In this document: positions 1 to 12,215 of the stretch, one piece after another
How positions within the stretch are numbered: position 1 is the stretch's first letter
Layout: each line of letters begins with the position of its first letter
Source: Octopus bimaculoides
Lineage: Eukaryota
Direction of reading: 5' to 3'
Assembly: GCF_001194135.2 (NCBI RefSeq)
Contig: NC_068982.1
Span: 133,557,883 to 133,621,882, forward strand
Length of the DNA: 64,000 nucleotides
Notes under the pieces: generated by a model
What the model was told of the DNA's origin: nothing
The model's input: only the letters and a program-made list of their open reading frames with translations
Databases searched by the model: none
Made by a program: the position numbers and the translations under genes

Positions 1-226
1 GTGGCACATAAAAGACACCATTTCGAGCGTGGCCGTTTTCGTGCGGGTGACACGTAAAAGCACCCACTACACTCTCTGAGTGGTTGGCGTTAGGAAGGGC
101 ATCCAGCTGTAGAAACTCTGCCAAATCGGACTGGAGCCTGGTGTTGCCATCCGGTTTCACCAGTCCTCAGTCAAATCGTCCAACCCATGCTAGCATGGAA
201 AGCGGACGTTAAACGATGATGATGAT
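1..226 (+). mobile_element. 3' UTR/tail of RTE-clade LINE (5' part outside window)
   Basis: Contains GGTTGGCGTTAGGAAGGGCATCCAGCTGTAGAAA and ends AACCCATGCTAGCATGGAAAGCGGACGTTAAAC(GAT)n. The same tail follows RTE ORF2 C-terminal coding sequence at 31790-32465 and 46700-47378. The first 53 nt are identical to 26185-26237. Confidence 0.85.
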
Positions 227-894
227 GAATCTAATTGTAATTAATTTAAAGCTAAGTGTGAATATGTGTAGGTGAGTAGGTGGGAGTTAGGCACTAATGT
301 ATGTATATACATATATTATTGCCCAGAATCTGACATAGGCAAATCCAAAAACCTGGTTTTCAATGACATGAATGCACAAATAACAAATAAATAAAATAAT
401 TTCAAATGACAGATTATTTATAATAAATAAATATCTACATATGATTGTCACTAAATCTACTATTCTATATTGTTAAAAAATGATACAACAATATTTTTAT
501 ATATAAATGGCTCTTGATTTATTTTATGAAAATGATAATGATCATAATGATCATTATCATCGCAGTCATCACTGCCACTGCCACCCCCACCTCCACCCCC
601 ATTGTCATTGTTATAATGTCTGTTTTGTTAAGCTGGTTCATGTAACATGAAAATTACTGAAGCAGGTTTTCTACAACTGGATGCTGTTCCTGTTGCCAAC
701 CCTAACTTATTTTACAAGTAAGGTACTTTTCATTCCATTGATTGGCACATGTCCACTGAACTAGGGGTTCTCTATTTACTGGTGAATGTAAACAACATCA
801 TCAATTTTACTCAGATGGTGTTCAGAAGGAACATTCATACGCACATATATTTTTATTTAAAGTTTGGTACAACAGTTACTTCAACTATCAGAGT

Positions 895-1120
895 TACTGT
901 ATACTTTTCTACTCTAGGCACATGGTCCGAAACTTTGGGGGGAAGGAGCCAATCGATTAGATTGACTCTAGTATGCAACTGGTACCTAATTTATTGACCC
1001 TGAAAAGACGAAAGGCAAAATTGACCTTGGCAGAATTTGAACTCAGAACTTAAAGACAGATGAAATACCACAAAGCATTTCACCCTGTGTGCTAATGTTT
1101 CTGCCAACTCAGTGCCTTAT
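895..1120 (-). mobile_element. tRNA-derived SINE, family 'B' (my label)
   Basis: Matches the multi-copy family with GTTCTGAGTTCAAATT (B-box-like) and TTTGCCTTTCATCCTTT...AAGTACCAGTTGC..ACTGGGGTCGAT. At least 10 copies in the window. Confidence 0.75.
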
Positions 1121-1149
1121 CAGAGTCATTATATAATACAACATATATA

Positions 1150-1310
1150 CAAGGGGTGCTGAAAAGTTTCTGGCTTTAAGGGTATTGCAAAGAGCCTGGT
1201 TGGAGGCCCAAACTTCTGAGTTCTTTTACAGGGCTTATAAAAACTGAAGAACTACTGCAAGAAGTCTATGAATTAGATAAGGGAATATGTTGAATAAAAT
1301 CATAAGTAAC
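1150..1310 (+). mobile_element. Internally deleted mariner derivative (TIR fused to last transposase codons)
   Basis: TA|CAAGGGGTGCTGAAAAGTTTCTGGC TIR-like start, then LQGL*KLKNYCKKSMN*IREYVE*, which resembles the mariner C-terminus. Homologous copy at 22976-23126 (-). Confidence 0.7.
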
Positions 1311-1661
1311 TGTTATTTAAATGCCACCTGTGGTGGAGATTGAATTTAGAATCTTTAGGAGATCTTATCATTTGGCCACAATGGCCACTTCAAAAACTTG
1401 CACTGCTTCAATCTGGATTTCCCCCACCTCCTATGTTTAGCGGCTTGCTGTGCTCTTTTACAGTTCCAGCTATATATATCACCATCATTTAACATCTGTT
1501 TTCCATGCTGTCATGGGATGGATGGTCTCTCTCTCTCTCTCTCTCTCTCTNNNNNNNNNNNNNNNNNNNNNNNNNNNNNNNNNNNNNNNNNNNNNNNNNN
1601 NNNNNNNNNNNNNNNNNNNNNNNNNNNNNNNNNNNNNNNNNNNNNNNNNNNNNNNNNNNNN

Positions 1662-1735
<74 letters not shown>

Positions 1736-1756
1736 AATATAGATATGCATTATACC

Positions 1757-2137
1757 TTTTTATCTTTTATTTTTCAGTCATTGGACAGCAGCCATGCTAG
1801 GGCAACGCCTCCAAGGGTTTTAATCAAATGAATGAACCTTGATACTTATTATATTTTTTTAAAGCCTGGTACTTATTCTATCAGTCTCTTTTGCCAAAGG
1901 ATGTAAACACACCAACACCAGTTGTCAAGTGGTGAGTGGGGAGAACAAACATAGACAAAAAGACACACACAGACATATAATTATATATATGATGGGCTTC
2001 TTTCAGTTTCTGTTTACGAAATCCAGTTAGAAGGCTTTGGTTGGCCTGAGGCTATACTAGAAGGCACTTGCCCAAAGTACCATGTAATGGCACCACGTGG
2101 TTAGGAAATAAACTTCTTACCACTCAGTTATACCTCC
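1757..2137 (-). mobile_element. tRNA-derived SINE, family 'A' (my label), full length, diverged
   Basis: Same head, central (TA/CA)n and CAGCATGGC..CAGTC-AATGACTGAAA tail as 4986-5379. Further copies or halves near 2175-2365, 2667-2950, 6850-7030, 16390-16830, 18010-18160, 31100-31470, 39100-39230, 40190-40540, 44040-44290, 54380-54535, 59700-59970. Confidence 0.8.
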
Positions 2138-3279
2138 ATCTGTGTGTGTGTGTGTGTGTGTGTGTATACACACACACACACACATACATACATGCACGTA
2201 CAATAGGTTTCCATTCAGTTTCTGTCTATCAAATCTACTCACATTGGTCAGCCTGAGACTACAGTAGAAGTTGAAGATAGTCACCCAAGATACATGGCAG
2301 ATGGGATTGAACCTGAAAGCACATGGTTGTGGAGCAAACTTTTGTAACCACACAGCCAATGCCTTCAATAGAGAATAATAATAAAACAAAAAAGAACGAA
2401 ACTGAAATAAAGAGTTACAAGAATGAAACTATTTTATGTATTTTCCTTGTTTATTTTCCCCTTAATGATCACCAATGAGACGTAGATGAAATAACTGCAG
2501 GACTTTCATCAACAATTCAAGCAAATTAGCAAATATTAAAATAATCCAATCCATTAAGCCCATGTTTGTTTAACAGGTGAAGAATGTAAAAAAAAGAAAA
2601 AGAAAGAAAGATAAGAAGATGGAACAGAAAAATAAAAGTAAACAGAAAACTCAATTATTTATGGTGGCAGGCATGGCTGTGTGGTTAAAACATTAGCTCT
2701 GCAAACCATGTGGTTTCAGGTTCAGTCCCATCATGCAGTGCCTTGAGCAAATGACTTTTCTTATAGTCCTGGGCCAACCAACGCTGTGTGAGTGAATTTG
2801 TTAAATAGAAACTATCTGAAAGCCCATCATTTATATATATATATATATACCTATACATCTCTCTTGATATATATATATTTGATTGACTAAATCTTTGAAG
2901 GTGCTGCCCCAGCATGGCTGCAATGAAATGACTAAAACATGCAAAAGAATAAAAAGAAGCATCCCATCTTGAAAATTTCCACTTACTGTTCTATTAAATG
3001 AAAATCTTATTTGAATTCATCATCATTGTTTTGGCATTCACTTTCCCATGCTTACAAAGATCAGAGTTCATGGACGAAGTGTTTTTATAACAGGATGCTG
3101 TTCCTTTTGCCAACCCTCAAAATTCTGGGGTTGATGTGACTGATTATTGCCACCTAACATATTTGTGGCTTTGTGCCTATTTTGTTTGAAACAATTACAA
3201 TAACAACATACACTGTTCTTTAAGCTTCTGCTAGTAACTTACATTGACCTTTGTCTTATCATCGTATAGGATCTGTTTT

Positions 3280-3415
3280 ACTTCCTAACCATGTGGTTTT
3301 GGGTTCAGTCCCTCAATATAGTAACTTAGCTAAGTGTCTTCTGCTATAACCCTGAACTGAACTAAAACCTTGTGAGTAGATCCAGTATACAGAAACTAAA
3401 ACAAGCCCATTGGGT
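3280..3415 (+). mobile_element. Head of an old SINE whose body and tail continue at 4815-4985 and 5380-5450
   Basis: Family-A-like head (AACCATGTGGTTTTGGGTTCAGTCCC...AAGTGTCTTCTGCTATA). The body and RTE-like tail match the uninterrupted copy at 48852-49260. Confidence 0.6.
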
Positions 3416-3434
3416 ATATAACTATAATTATATA

Positions 3435-3771
3435 TGCTCCATTTAAAGCGACTAACCCTAAACAATTGACTGAAAAAAGATGGGCCAAACCACTGGGAAC
3501 TGAGCACAACATCAATGCTTACACAGCTCCATATGCACCTAATTCACTTCTCCGTAATATACAGCCTTCGGTTTTGTTTACAAATTTATAAATATATATT
3601 CTAGACTAAAATTATCTATTCATTGAAATTGGCTGAAATTGATGTGTGGGCTATGTGGGTGAATTAGGTGCATAGGGAGCCATGTGAGCATTGATGTCGT
3701 GTTCAATTCCCAGTGATTCAGCCCATTGTTTTTCAGTCAATTGTTTAGGTTTAGTCGCTTTAAATGGAGCA
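3435..3771. mobile_element. MITE with ~113-bp terminal inverted repeats, TA-flanked (Tc1/mariner-type)
   Basis: 3435-3547 (TGCTCCATTTAAAGCGACTAACCCTAAACAATTGACTGAAAAA...CCTAATTCAC) is the approximate reverse complement of 3659-3771. TA on both flanks. Confidence 0.85.
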
Positions 3772-3880
3772 TATATTATTGTAAATAATATATAATTATA
3801 GATATTAAAAAGGACCTATGTGTGTCACTCTTCTCTGTAATTTACAGCAGTCAGGTTTGTTTACAAATTTATAAGTGTGT

Positions 3881-3913
<33 letters not shown>

Positions 3914-3935
3914 TTCACACACTCACACACACAAA

Positions 3936-4813
3936 GAGGATGTTCAGGCTAAATTTGACAATTTTTCTATATTTCCTTTGTTTAGGAACAGCTTGATGTA
4001 TTGATAAGCAGTCAATGGTATTGCAGAGTATAAAGATTAAAGTTGTAGTTGAGAAAAAGTAAACTGACAAGGACTGAAAGTAATCTGAATACTGGAAAAG
4101 AGTTACCTGTATCATGATGATTTGTGCTAGGTATCAAAATGCCTACATCATGACTGCTGCTCAAAGCTATGTGAACATTGTCAAGGCTGTAAAATGAGAG
4201 ATGCACATCATGAAAACCAAGTTCCCCCCAGACTATGATGGTTTTTTGGTGTGTCTCGAGTGAGGGTGATGTCAGGTTGCTCCACATCTTTGAATTGGGC
4301 ACAGTTCAGATGGCTATATGAAGCTGCTGGAGAATGTCATCAAACCTTGGCTGGAGAGGGTTGCTGCTGGAAGGCCCTATGTGTGGCAGTAGGATTCAGC
4401 TCCTTGCCATAACTCCAGAAAGAGTCAGAAGAGTTATTAGGGAATTTCTATGACTTCACCAGCCTCAATTTCTGGTCCCTAATTCATCTGATTGTAATCT
4501 CATGGATTACTATGTATGAGACACGGTTAAGACAGACACCAACTGCTCTGCCTGCAATATCAAAGCTGAGCTGGTGATCAAGATCAAGGAGATGTTTGAA
4601 GATCTTGAAGATCTGGGACACAGTGAAGAATGCATACATCAGGATCTGGAGCTGTCTCGAGGCTGTGGTGGCAACTTTGTGTAAACTGTTATCTTCCAGT
4701 CATAATCTAGTTGATAATACTTTTTGATTTTTTAAAATAATTAAATTTTTGGTTGGAATATTGTGCTTTATTTTCTTTTTATGCAAACTGCCAAATTTAG
4801 ATTGAACATCCTG
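3936..4813 (+). mobile_element. Decayed, internally deleted maT (DD37D) Tc1/mariner transposon
   Basis: TIRs GAGGATGTTCAGGCTAAATTTGACA / TGCCAAATTTAGATTGAACATCCTG|TA. Frameshifted transposase MKTKFPQTMMVF..VSSEGDV..YMKLLENVIKPWLERVAAGRPYVWQ*DSAPCHNSRKSQK..NFYDFTS.NFW.PNSSDCNLMDYYV. After correcting frameshifts, 37 residues separate the 2nd and 3rd catalytic D. Confidence 0.85.
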
Positions 4814-4985
4814 TATGTGTGTTTATGTCTCCTTGTTTTGTCATCATAAGAGAGTTATAGATGAGCATCAGTTATACAAGTGGAATCTTTTGTTTCCAGT
4901 CTTCCATGAAAACATGTCTAATCATAGAAAAATATTAACTTGCTGGGAAACAGGTGAGGTTGGTGACACAAAGGATATCTGACTT

Positions 4986-5379
4986 TCTTTTACTCTTTTA
5001 CTTGTTTCAGTCATTTGACTGCGGCCATGCAGGAGCACCGCCTTTTAGTCAAGCAAATCGACCCCAGGACTTATTCTTTGGAAGCCTAGTACTTATTCTA
5101 TCGGTCGCTTTTGCCGAACCGCTAAGTTACGGGAACGTAAACACACTAGCATCGGTTGTCGAGCGATGCTGGGGGGGGGGGACAAAGACAGACACACAAA
5201 CACACACACACATATATGCATATATACGGCGGGCTTCTTTCAGTTTCCGTCTACCAAATCCACTCACAAGGCTTTGGTCGGCCCAAGGCTATAGTAGAAG
5301 ACACTTGCCCAAGGTGCCACACAGTGGGAATGAACTCGGAACCATATGGTTGGTAAGCAAGCTACTTACCACACAGCCA
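4986..5379 (-). mobile_element. Family 'A' tRNA-derived SINE, well-preserved copy
   Basis: Minus strand: TGGCTGTGTGGTAAG (A-box-like), GGTTCCGAGTTCATTCCC (B-box-like), CCTTGGGCAAGTGTC core, central microsatellite, tail ending GAAACAAGTAAAAGAGTAAAAG. Confidence 0.9.
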
Positions 5380-5727
5380 GAAAATTTGTCTCAACAAATT
5401 CTGCCTGACTTATGCAAGTCTGGAAAAGTGGACATCAAAATGATGATGTTCTTAGCATTAATTCCTTTTTACAGACTTATACAGTCCACTGGGGTCGTCA
5501 GTGTTTACCTTCAGTTGCTATGTTCTTAAACAGGTGAGGGACAAATCTCCAGAATTTGACATCTATCAACCATACATAATTCAGTAGTGATTTTATAATG
5601 CTACTTAGCTTACAGTCATAAAGTTAAACAACTCTACAAAAACTGCAGTGCAACCAGATGCACAAGGCTAGTTATACACAATTGCTAACCCAACCAATTT
5701 AATCTTTTGCTAAAGATACTAACTTAA

Positions 5728-6170
5728 GTAGTGCAGTTAAAAATTTCACTTCCCAACTATGTGGTTTTGTGTTCAGTCCCACTGTGCAGCACCTTGGGCG
5801 GCAAGAGTCTTTTACCATATTCTTAGGCTAACCAAAGCGTTGTGATTGGACATGGTACATAGCAACTGAATGAGAACCAGCGTATATACATACATATACA
5901 CACCCATGTACTTGAGTGCAGGCCTGTGTGTTTGTGTCTCCATGTCTTGACATGTAATAGTTGTAAGCGAGTCGCAGTCATACAAATGTTGACCTTAGTT
6001 TCCAACCTTCCATAAAAACATGTCTGGCCGTGGGGATATAACATAATGCTTGGAAATGAGAGAAATTGGTGATAGGTAGGGTATCTGGACATAGAAACCT
6101 CCTTCAGTGAATTCCATGTGATCCACATAAGAAGAAAAGCAGACATTAAAACAATTATGATAATGATAAT
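5728..6170 (+). mobile_element. Old SINE with family-A head and RTE-like tail
   Basis: tRNA-like head, CCTTGGGC core, degenerate GGTGATAGGTAGGGTATCTGGACATAGAAA tail ending in (GAT/AAT)n. Confidence 0.6.
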
Positions 6171-6886
6171 GACAATAACATTAACGACAAGGAGGAGAAT
6201 TGTTTCTAAAACTAAGAAATCTTAGTTTAATTATTATTACCACCACTACCACCATCCTCCTCCTCATCATCATCAACACCATCTTTTTATTAAGGATAAT
6301 ACTGTGACTACTCATAGGAGAATTTGAGTCAGAACTTAAGCAGTTATATATGTGTGTATCCAAATGTCATTCTGCTTCTTCATTTATGGCTAAGTAAACT
6401 GAATCATCAGAAGTTAAAGCATCGTTTCCAGGGATACCACAGCACTATACCAAAGTAGCATTCAAACAAACAACTGTGAAATGTTAGATATGTGTGTACT
6501 AATGTAAAACTAATAAAAAGGGGGAACAAAGAGAGAAACGTAAAACTATATGGCTTCCTGGGGGTTTTCCTGTTATCAAAGGCAACATATCAACAAAACA
6601 AAGCATTGATATTTTTAAACTTATATCACAAATTTTATGCCAACCAAATTCAGCCAATTTAAATTTAAAAAATAATAATAATAATGATAATAATAATAAC
6701 AACCACAAATCAATATTTACAAATATGTATCTGAAAATATCATAAAGTGAAGAACTTCTGACAAAGATTATTTCAGATTATTACAACGAGGGATATATTT
6801 TTCAATGTATTCTACTTTTAAGATCAGAGATAGAAATGTTATCCTTTATCTCTTATCAGTTACTTGTTTCAGTCATTAGACTGCAG

Positions 6887-6926
<40 letters not shown>

Positions 6927-7625
6927 GTACACATACAATGGGCTTCTATACAATATTTGCCTGATAATTTCATTCATAAGATATTGGTCAACTCAAGGTT
7001 ACATAAAAGACCCTTACCAAAGGTGCTACACAAATCATACGTAAATACTTGTAAATAAAAAAAAAGATGTGTAAAAGCTTGAAACACTTCTATTGAGAGA
7101 TAGTAAATGTTTAAAAATTTTATAGTTGATTATATTAATTAAAGTTATTAAATAAAAGTAGAACTAGTGTGATCTTGAATAATAATTGTTTCTAAGATTA
7201 TGCAGAATAGAAAGTATTTTGAATGTCTGGAAATGTTATATCACTGAGTAATATGTATTTGTTCTGAATAATTAGTTTGTTAATAATTATTCTGCTAATG
7301 ATTATTTCAATGTAAAATGATATTAGACATTATGAGCATTAATTACTGATGCTGCTCATTTCTGTCTCAAATTGGTGCTAATAGTTTCAAATATCATTTC
7401 ATGTTGAAAATCTTACAAGTTAATTCATTCATAACTTGATTCAAGGGTTTATTTTAATTGCCAACATGTGTATAGAGTTGAGGCACCCTGCTATGTAAAA
7501 CACTGATACATATATATAATACATAGCATTCTGATATGACATTTAACTCATCCTGCAATACTAGCTAATTGAAATGTGGAGATTAAAAAATTATGCTGTT
7601 AAAAGATGTTGTAAACTGGTGTTTA

Positions 7626-8836
7626 CCAGGTTGAGTCAAAGGCATTTTGGATTTTCACTGATGATTTTTGGCAACTTGTATCTCCATGTTATGTTATTAA
7701 TTTGATACAACTTGTCCAATTGTTGCTGAATTATTTATTCCTTATTTTCATATATAAATTAATTGTTTATTCTTTGTTTTACAGCTTTGATAATGAATGG
7801 GGGGAAATTGCAATTAGAGCCATTTTACACAACCTGTGGAAAAAAGGACTGGCTGTAAAGGTAGCAGCAAAAGAAATTAATGATGTAGAAGGCCTAGGAA
7901 AATGACACTAGTCTTGAAGACAAACCAAGGTCAGGGTGACCTTCTGTTGTGAAAGACAAGGCCTTGCTTGAAATGGTTGAATAGCAGCCAAGCATAAGCA
8001 CAAGTACATTGTCAGCAGAACTTGCTCCTTCACAAAGCACTATCACTTGGCACCTCAATAAGCTTCACCTTGTGAACAGATGCTGTTGAGAAGCTCCTCA
8101 TGAACTGACCAGGTTCAACAATGCATGAACATTTGCAAACAACTGCTGGCAAATCCTTGAGATGCCCATTTTTTGGCATCAAATTGTAGCTGGGGGTGGA
8201 AAATGGATCTATTTTCATGATCCTAATAAGAGAAAACAGTGGCTTTATTCCAGCTAGGCTTCAGAACATGTCAAACAAGGATGGTTTGAATAGAATGTCA
8301 TATTATGTATTTGGTAAAAGTTTGATGGGGTATTGCACTTTGGTCTAATCCCAGATGGTCATGCAGTGAATGCTAGTCTTTGTACTTAACAATTGCAGTG
8401 AGTATATGATGCATTGAAAGCCTGTTACTCGGCATTGGTCAATTGAAGACATGCACTCCTACAGCATGACAATGCCCTAACACACACTGCCAATGTGACC
8501 ATGCATAAACTCAAGGAACTTGAGGGGTTGGAAATGATGCCTCATCTTGCCTACAGTCCAGACCTAGCACCATCATATTACCCCTTTTCCAAACTGTGGC
8601 TCATTTCCTGCATGGACAGAGGTTCGACAGTATGGATGAGGTTAAAAATAGGTGCAGGGAGTTTTTTTGCCTCTAAACCAGCTAAATACAAGAAGCATGG
8701 AACTGAGCCTCAGGCACCATAAGAGCAACAAACAATAGAATATGATGGCATATATTCTAAAGAATAAATGCTTTAAGTATGTACTTTGCTTGAACTATTA
8801 AAACTTGAAATACGAAAAACTTTTGACTCAACATGG
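7626..8836 (+). mobile_element. Full-length (~1.2 kb) decayed mariner transposon
   Basis: TA|CCAGGTTGAGTCAAAGGCATTTTGGATTTTC ... GAAATACGAAAAACTTTTGACTCAACATGG|TA. Transposase remnants IRAILHNLWKKGLAVKVAAKEINDVEG (HTH), HQIVAGGGKWIYFHD (WIVTGDEKW-like), LQHDNA..H and HLAYSPDLAPSYY (YSPDLAP motif). Many stops and frameshifts. Confidence 0.92.
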
Positions 8837-9889
8837 TATAATACTTAATATCATTTTAACATATATTTCGTTGTTAATTTACGTCCACAGAGAATCACAG
8901 TAGGGAGGCAAGTCACTCTTTAACACAAATGTATAAATCAAATCAAGGGAAGCATCTAAAGCAGTTATACAGTGAACAACTTCACCTTCCTGGTAGTTAT
9001 GATTGATGCGATTTAAAAAAAAACTAGACTCCATGGAATCTGTTATAACTGTTGTACTCATCTCTCTCTTGATTTTTTAAAAATCAATTTGAAAATTTTG
9101 AATGATCATTATAAGTATTATCATCATTTTGTATCTGCTTTCTGTACTTTCTATTCATTGTTTGAACAGATTGCTATGATCCAAGTTAGTTCTTATGGGG
9201 AACCGCTATCCCCATAGGAGAGTTTGAGAGCCACACCTTATTTGTACATTTTATCTTAGGTTTGGTTTCTACAGTTAGATGCTCTACCTACCATCAACTA
9301 CTGAAAGTACTGGACATGCATTTTATCACAGCACTAGAGAGGTTGTCCTGTCCTCAGCATATTTCAATTTTTTTAATGAATTTTTAAAATTTAATTTTCT
9401 CACTAATTCCAGTTTAAAAAAAAATTTTCTAACAGTAACAAACAAAAACATGATTAAAACAAAAAAAGTCAAAATTTAATTTCAATTACATATATTTAAA
9501 TTTTGTGCCCTTTATAAATTTAATGGCTAATGGTGGGTCTGTTTTGATATTTGGGAACTCCCTTGGTTGAAATCTTCCCAGTTTAAGTGTGCAGAGCCGC
9601 AAGGAAGAATTTACTCGAACCATTTTTGTAATTAGATATAAACCATCGAAAGACATGGATTTCCAACATGCAACACAAAAGAAGATCTGATGTTGATAGT
9701 TCATGTCTTATCACTTCTGTGCTGAGTCCTTTGGTTAAAATATTAAAACCTCAACTAACTCAGTGCACCTAACCCTAAGTGTCACAGAATTTTATAGTTC
9801 ACTGCAGTAAGTAATGGTAGAACTGAGAAGTGTTTTGTAGTTGCAATTCTACATTTAAGTTCTATGGCCGAGGAAAAAGCAATGAAAAA

Positions 9890-10450
9890 TTACATGAATG
9901 GCTCAAGAGTAAACTATGCAGCACCAGATAAAATAAAGATGCTTCTCAATGCTTTCATCAACAGAAATTTCTCTCTCTCTTGAACATCAAGTAGTTGTGA
10001 GTATATTTCCAATAACTCCATGATGGAAAGAGCGAATAATCAGAGGATTGAATCCCTAATCATCAAACATCATCTTCGATAGGCTAGCCATGACACTAAG
10101 TTGAATGATGAACTTTTTCATCAAATCCTCTTCAATGAACTGGCAACCAGGAAAAGACAAAGAAGAGTCTCTCTTCAACACTACAAAGATCAGCCTGAAG
10201 TCAACTCTGGAGCAGATCAGCTTCAACCTCCTGGCTGTAACCAACCGTCCTGACTACCAACAAAACATAAATGATTACATATTATTTGAAAGAAAAAGAA
10301 TAAAAACAAGAAGAGGAGAGACAATGGCAATGAAAGGTCAGACAGCAGCAATCACAACCAACTCTGACATTCACATGTGGTCATTGCAATCATGTGTTCT
10401 ATGCAACGATTGGTTTCAGTAGCCTCATTCATCACCTGCAATTAATGGTC
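9890..10450 (+). mobile_element. 5'-truncated RTE (BovB-like) LINE, ORF2 C-terminus
   Basis: LNAF...YISNNSMMERANNQRIESLIIKHHLR*ASH...LFHQILFNELATRKRQ..HYKDQ.KSTL, then FTCGHCNHVFYATIGFSSLIHH (C-terminal Cys/His motif of RTE ORF2). Confidence 0.8.
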
Positions 10451-10546
10451 CAAATGTTCATCCAGGAAGAGAAATCAATCCTTGGATTTGAGGGAAGAAC
10501 ATGCATGTATGTATATACTGAGGGATGGCATGTATGTATGTATATA

Positions 10547-10715
10547 AAGGGTTGGCCAAAAGTCACCTGACAATAAATCAAAACCATTTAATTCCAAGGT
10601 TTATTTATGTTTAACAACTAAATGAATTTAATAAAAGCATCTATATATGAAACATCACGAAAATTGTTCAAACTGAAGTCCTTCTTGAGCAACACAGTTT
10701 TCCATTTGAATCAAT
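10547..10715 (-). mobile_element. 3' end of a Tc1/mariner-superfamily transposon
   Basis: TA|AAGGGTTGGCCAAAAGTCACCTGAC TIR-like end. Minus-strand QMENCVAQEGLQFEQFS* resembles a transposase C-terminus. Confidence 0.55.
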
Positions 10716-10719
10716 ACAG

Positions 10720-11070
10720 AATTACAGATGGCACCTGTACCAGTGGAGCCCTAAGAGCACTGTCTGAGCACGATCGTTGCCAGAGTAGCTGTCTGGCTTC
10801 CGTGCTGGTGGCACATAAATAGCACCAGCATGATTGTTACCAACAATCTCCTGTGCAGGTGGCACGTAAAACACATCATTTCGAGCGTGGCCATTGCCAG
10901 TACTGACTACACTCTCAGAGTGGTTGGCGTTAGGAAGAGCATCCAGCTGTAGAAACTCTGCCAAATCAGATTGGAGCCTGGTGTAGTCACCTGGTCTACC
11001 AGTCCTCAGTCAAATCGTCCAACCCATGCTAGCATGGAAAGCTGACGTTAAACAATAATGATGATGATGA
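10720..11070 (+). mobile_element. RTE LINE 3' UTR fragment
   Basis: Same tail as 1-226, ending in (GAT)n. Further tail-only copies near 12560-12720(-), 24420-24660(-), 29060-29160(-), 35215-35360(-), 36690-37140(-), 38680-38830(-), 46520-46690(-), 53560-53720(-). Confidence 0.85.
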
Positions 11071-11689
11071 TTTATGGAATTTTGATTTACTGTCGGGTGA
11101 CTTTCGGCCAACCCTGATTGTATCTGATGTGCTCTCCTGTTGAAGACAATGTATGAATGTTCAGCTTTTGCTGAACAACCTGTATAAATGATTTGTTTCT
11201 AGTGATCAAATGTTTGTGCTGTACATTAGCTCACTCTCTCTCCGTCAAATTGATGTTGTCTGAACAGAAGCATGGTGTACTTTGCATCATGTATCGAAAA
11301 GATCGCAGAGTAATATGAGATGAAGTGTTTTGCTCAAGAACACAACACACCACCACGTAATGTAAACATATTTAATATTTCATCCATACATGTGCTTACT
11401 TTTCTGCTTTAAGAGAATCTCTTGTAGATAAGGACCCAGCTTTTTCTCTCTGGAATAGCATGGTTGGAGTGAGAGAGAGAGAGAGACTGGCAGACATACA
11501 GAAGAAGAGAAAGATAAATATTGATGGTTTACATAGGTATAAAATCTCAGATTAACTAGAGGGGAAATTAAATAGTACGTCTTCTATTCACAGCCCTTTT
11601 CAAAGACATTAACTATTATAAATAACAACAATTGGCAACTGAAACCATAATACAGACTTAGTTCTCTGAGTGTAAACTTTGGAAGGAAA

Positions 11690-11715
11690 GTAAGAGAGAG
11701 AGGGGGGGAGAGATA

Positions 11716-11775
<60 letters not shown>
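11690..11775. repeat. (AG)n microsatellite
   Basis: About 30 near-perfect AG units. Confidence 0.95.
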
Positions 11776-11776
<1 letters not shown>

Positions 11777-12215
11777 GAAAGCTGGAGAAAAGAATTGATT
11801 TCTTACATGAGCAGGAGGTAAAATTTATTTATAGCGGTGGCTGAGTGAAAATCAGATTGAGTGATATTCATGCTTTCCTCAACGCAATAAGTAATTTATG
11901 TAGAGTGAACAGTCTACATCCAGCAACAAAACAAAAGGAGATTAATAGATTTAGAAATTTAAACCATGTCATGGCCTTGTCTCACCAGGAGCTTACCTGT
12001 AATCAGACAATTGTAATCTAGATGAGAGAGGAAGGGGTGTGTGTATCAATATAAAAAAAGCAAGAAGAAATATTGGTTTATCTATATAAGTCTAAGGCAA
12101 AGAGATGTGATTGTGTGACATTCATGCCTTGTCAGGGACACTAGTAGTAACATGAGTAGGGTGAAATGATTAGAAAAGAGTACAGAAACCAGGTTAAGGA
12201 CTTGTCTTGAGCAAA

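Noticed and set aside
4954-5529. 191-aa plus-strand ORF
   Set aside because: Antisense read-through of a family 'A' SINE. The same pseudo-peptides (FCLPNPLTRLW, QIHSQGFG) recur wherever the SINE occurs.
9190-9218. Hairpin CTTATGGGGA-accgcta-TCCCCATAGG as a Helitron 3' end
   Set aside because: No correctly spaced CTRR terminus and no matching 5' TC end or second copy.
11997-12017. 21-nt minus-strand micro-exon candidate (pyrimidine-rich AG acceptor, CAG|GTAAGC donor, frame-preserving)
   Set aside because: The phase-1 peptide (NYNCLIT) does not resemble the expected FERRY3 continuation, and such site pairs arise by chance. RNA-seq is needed.
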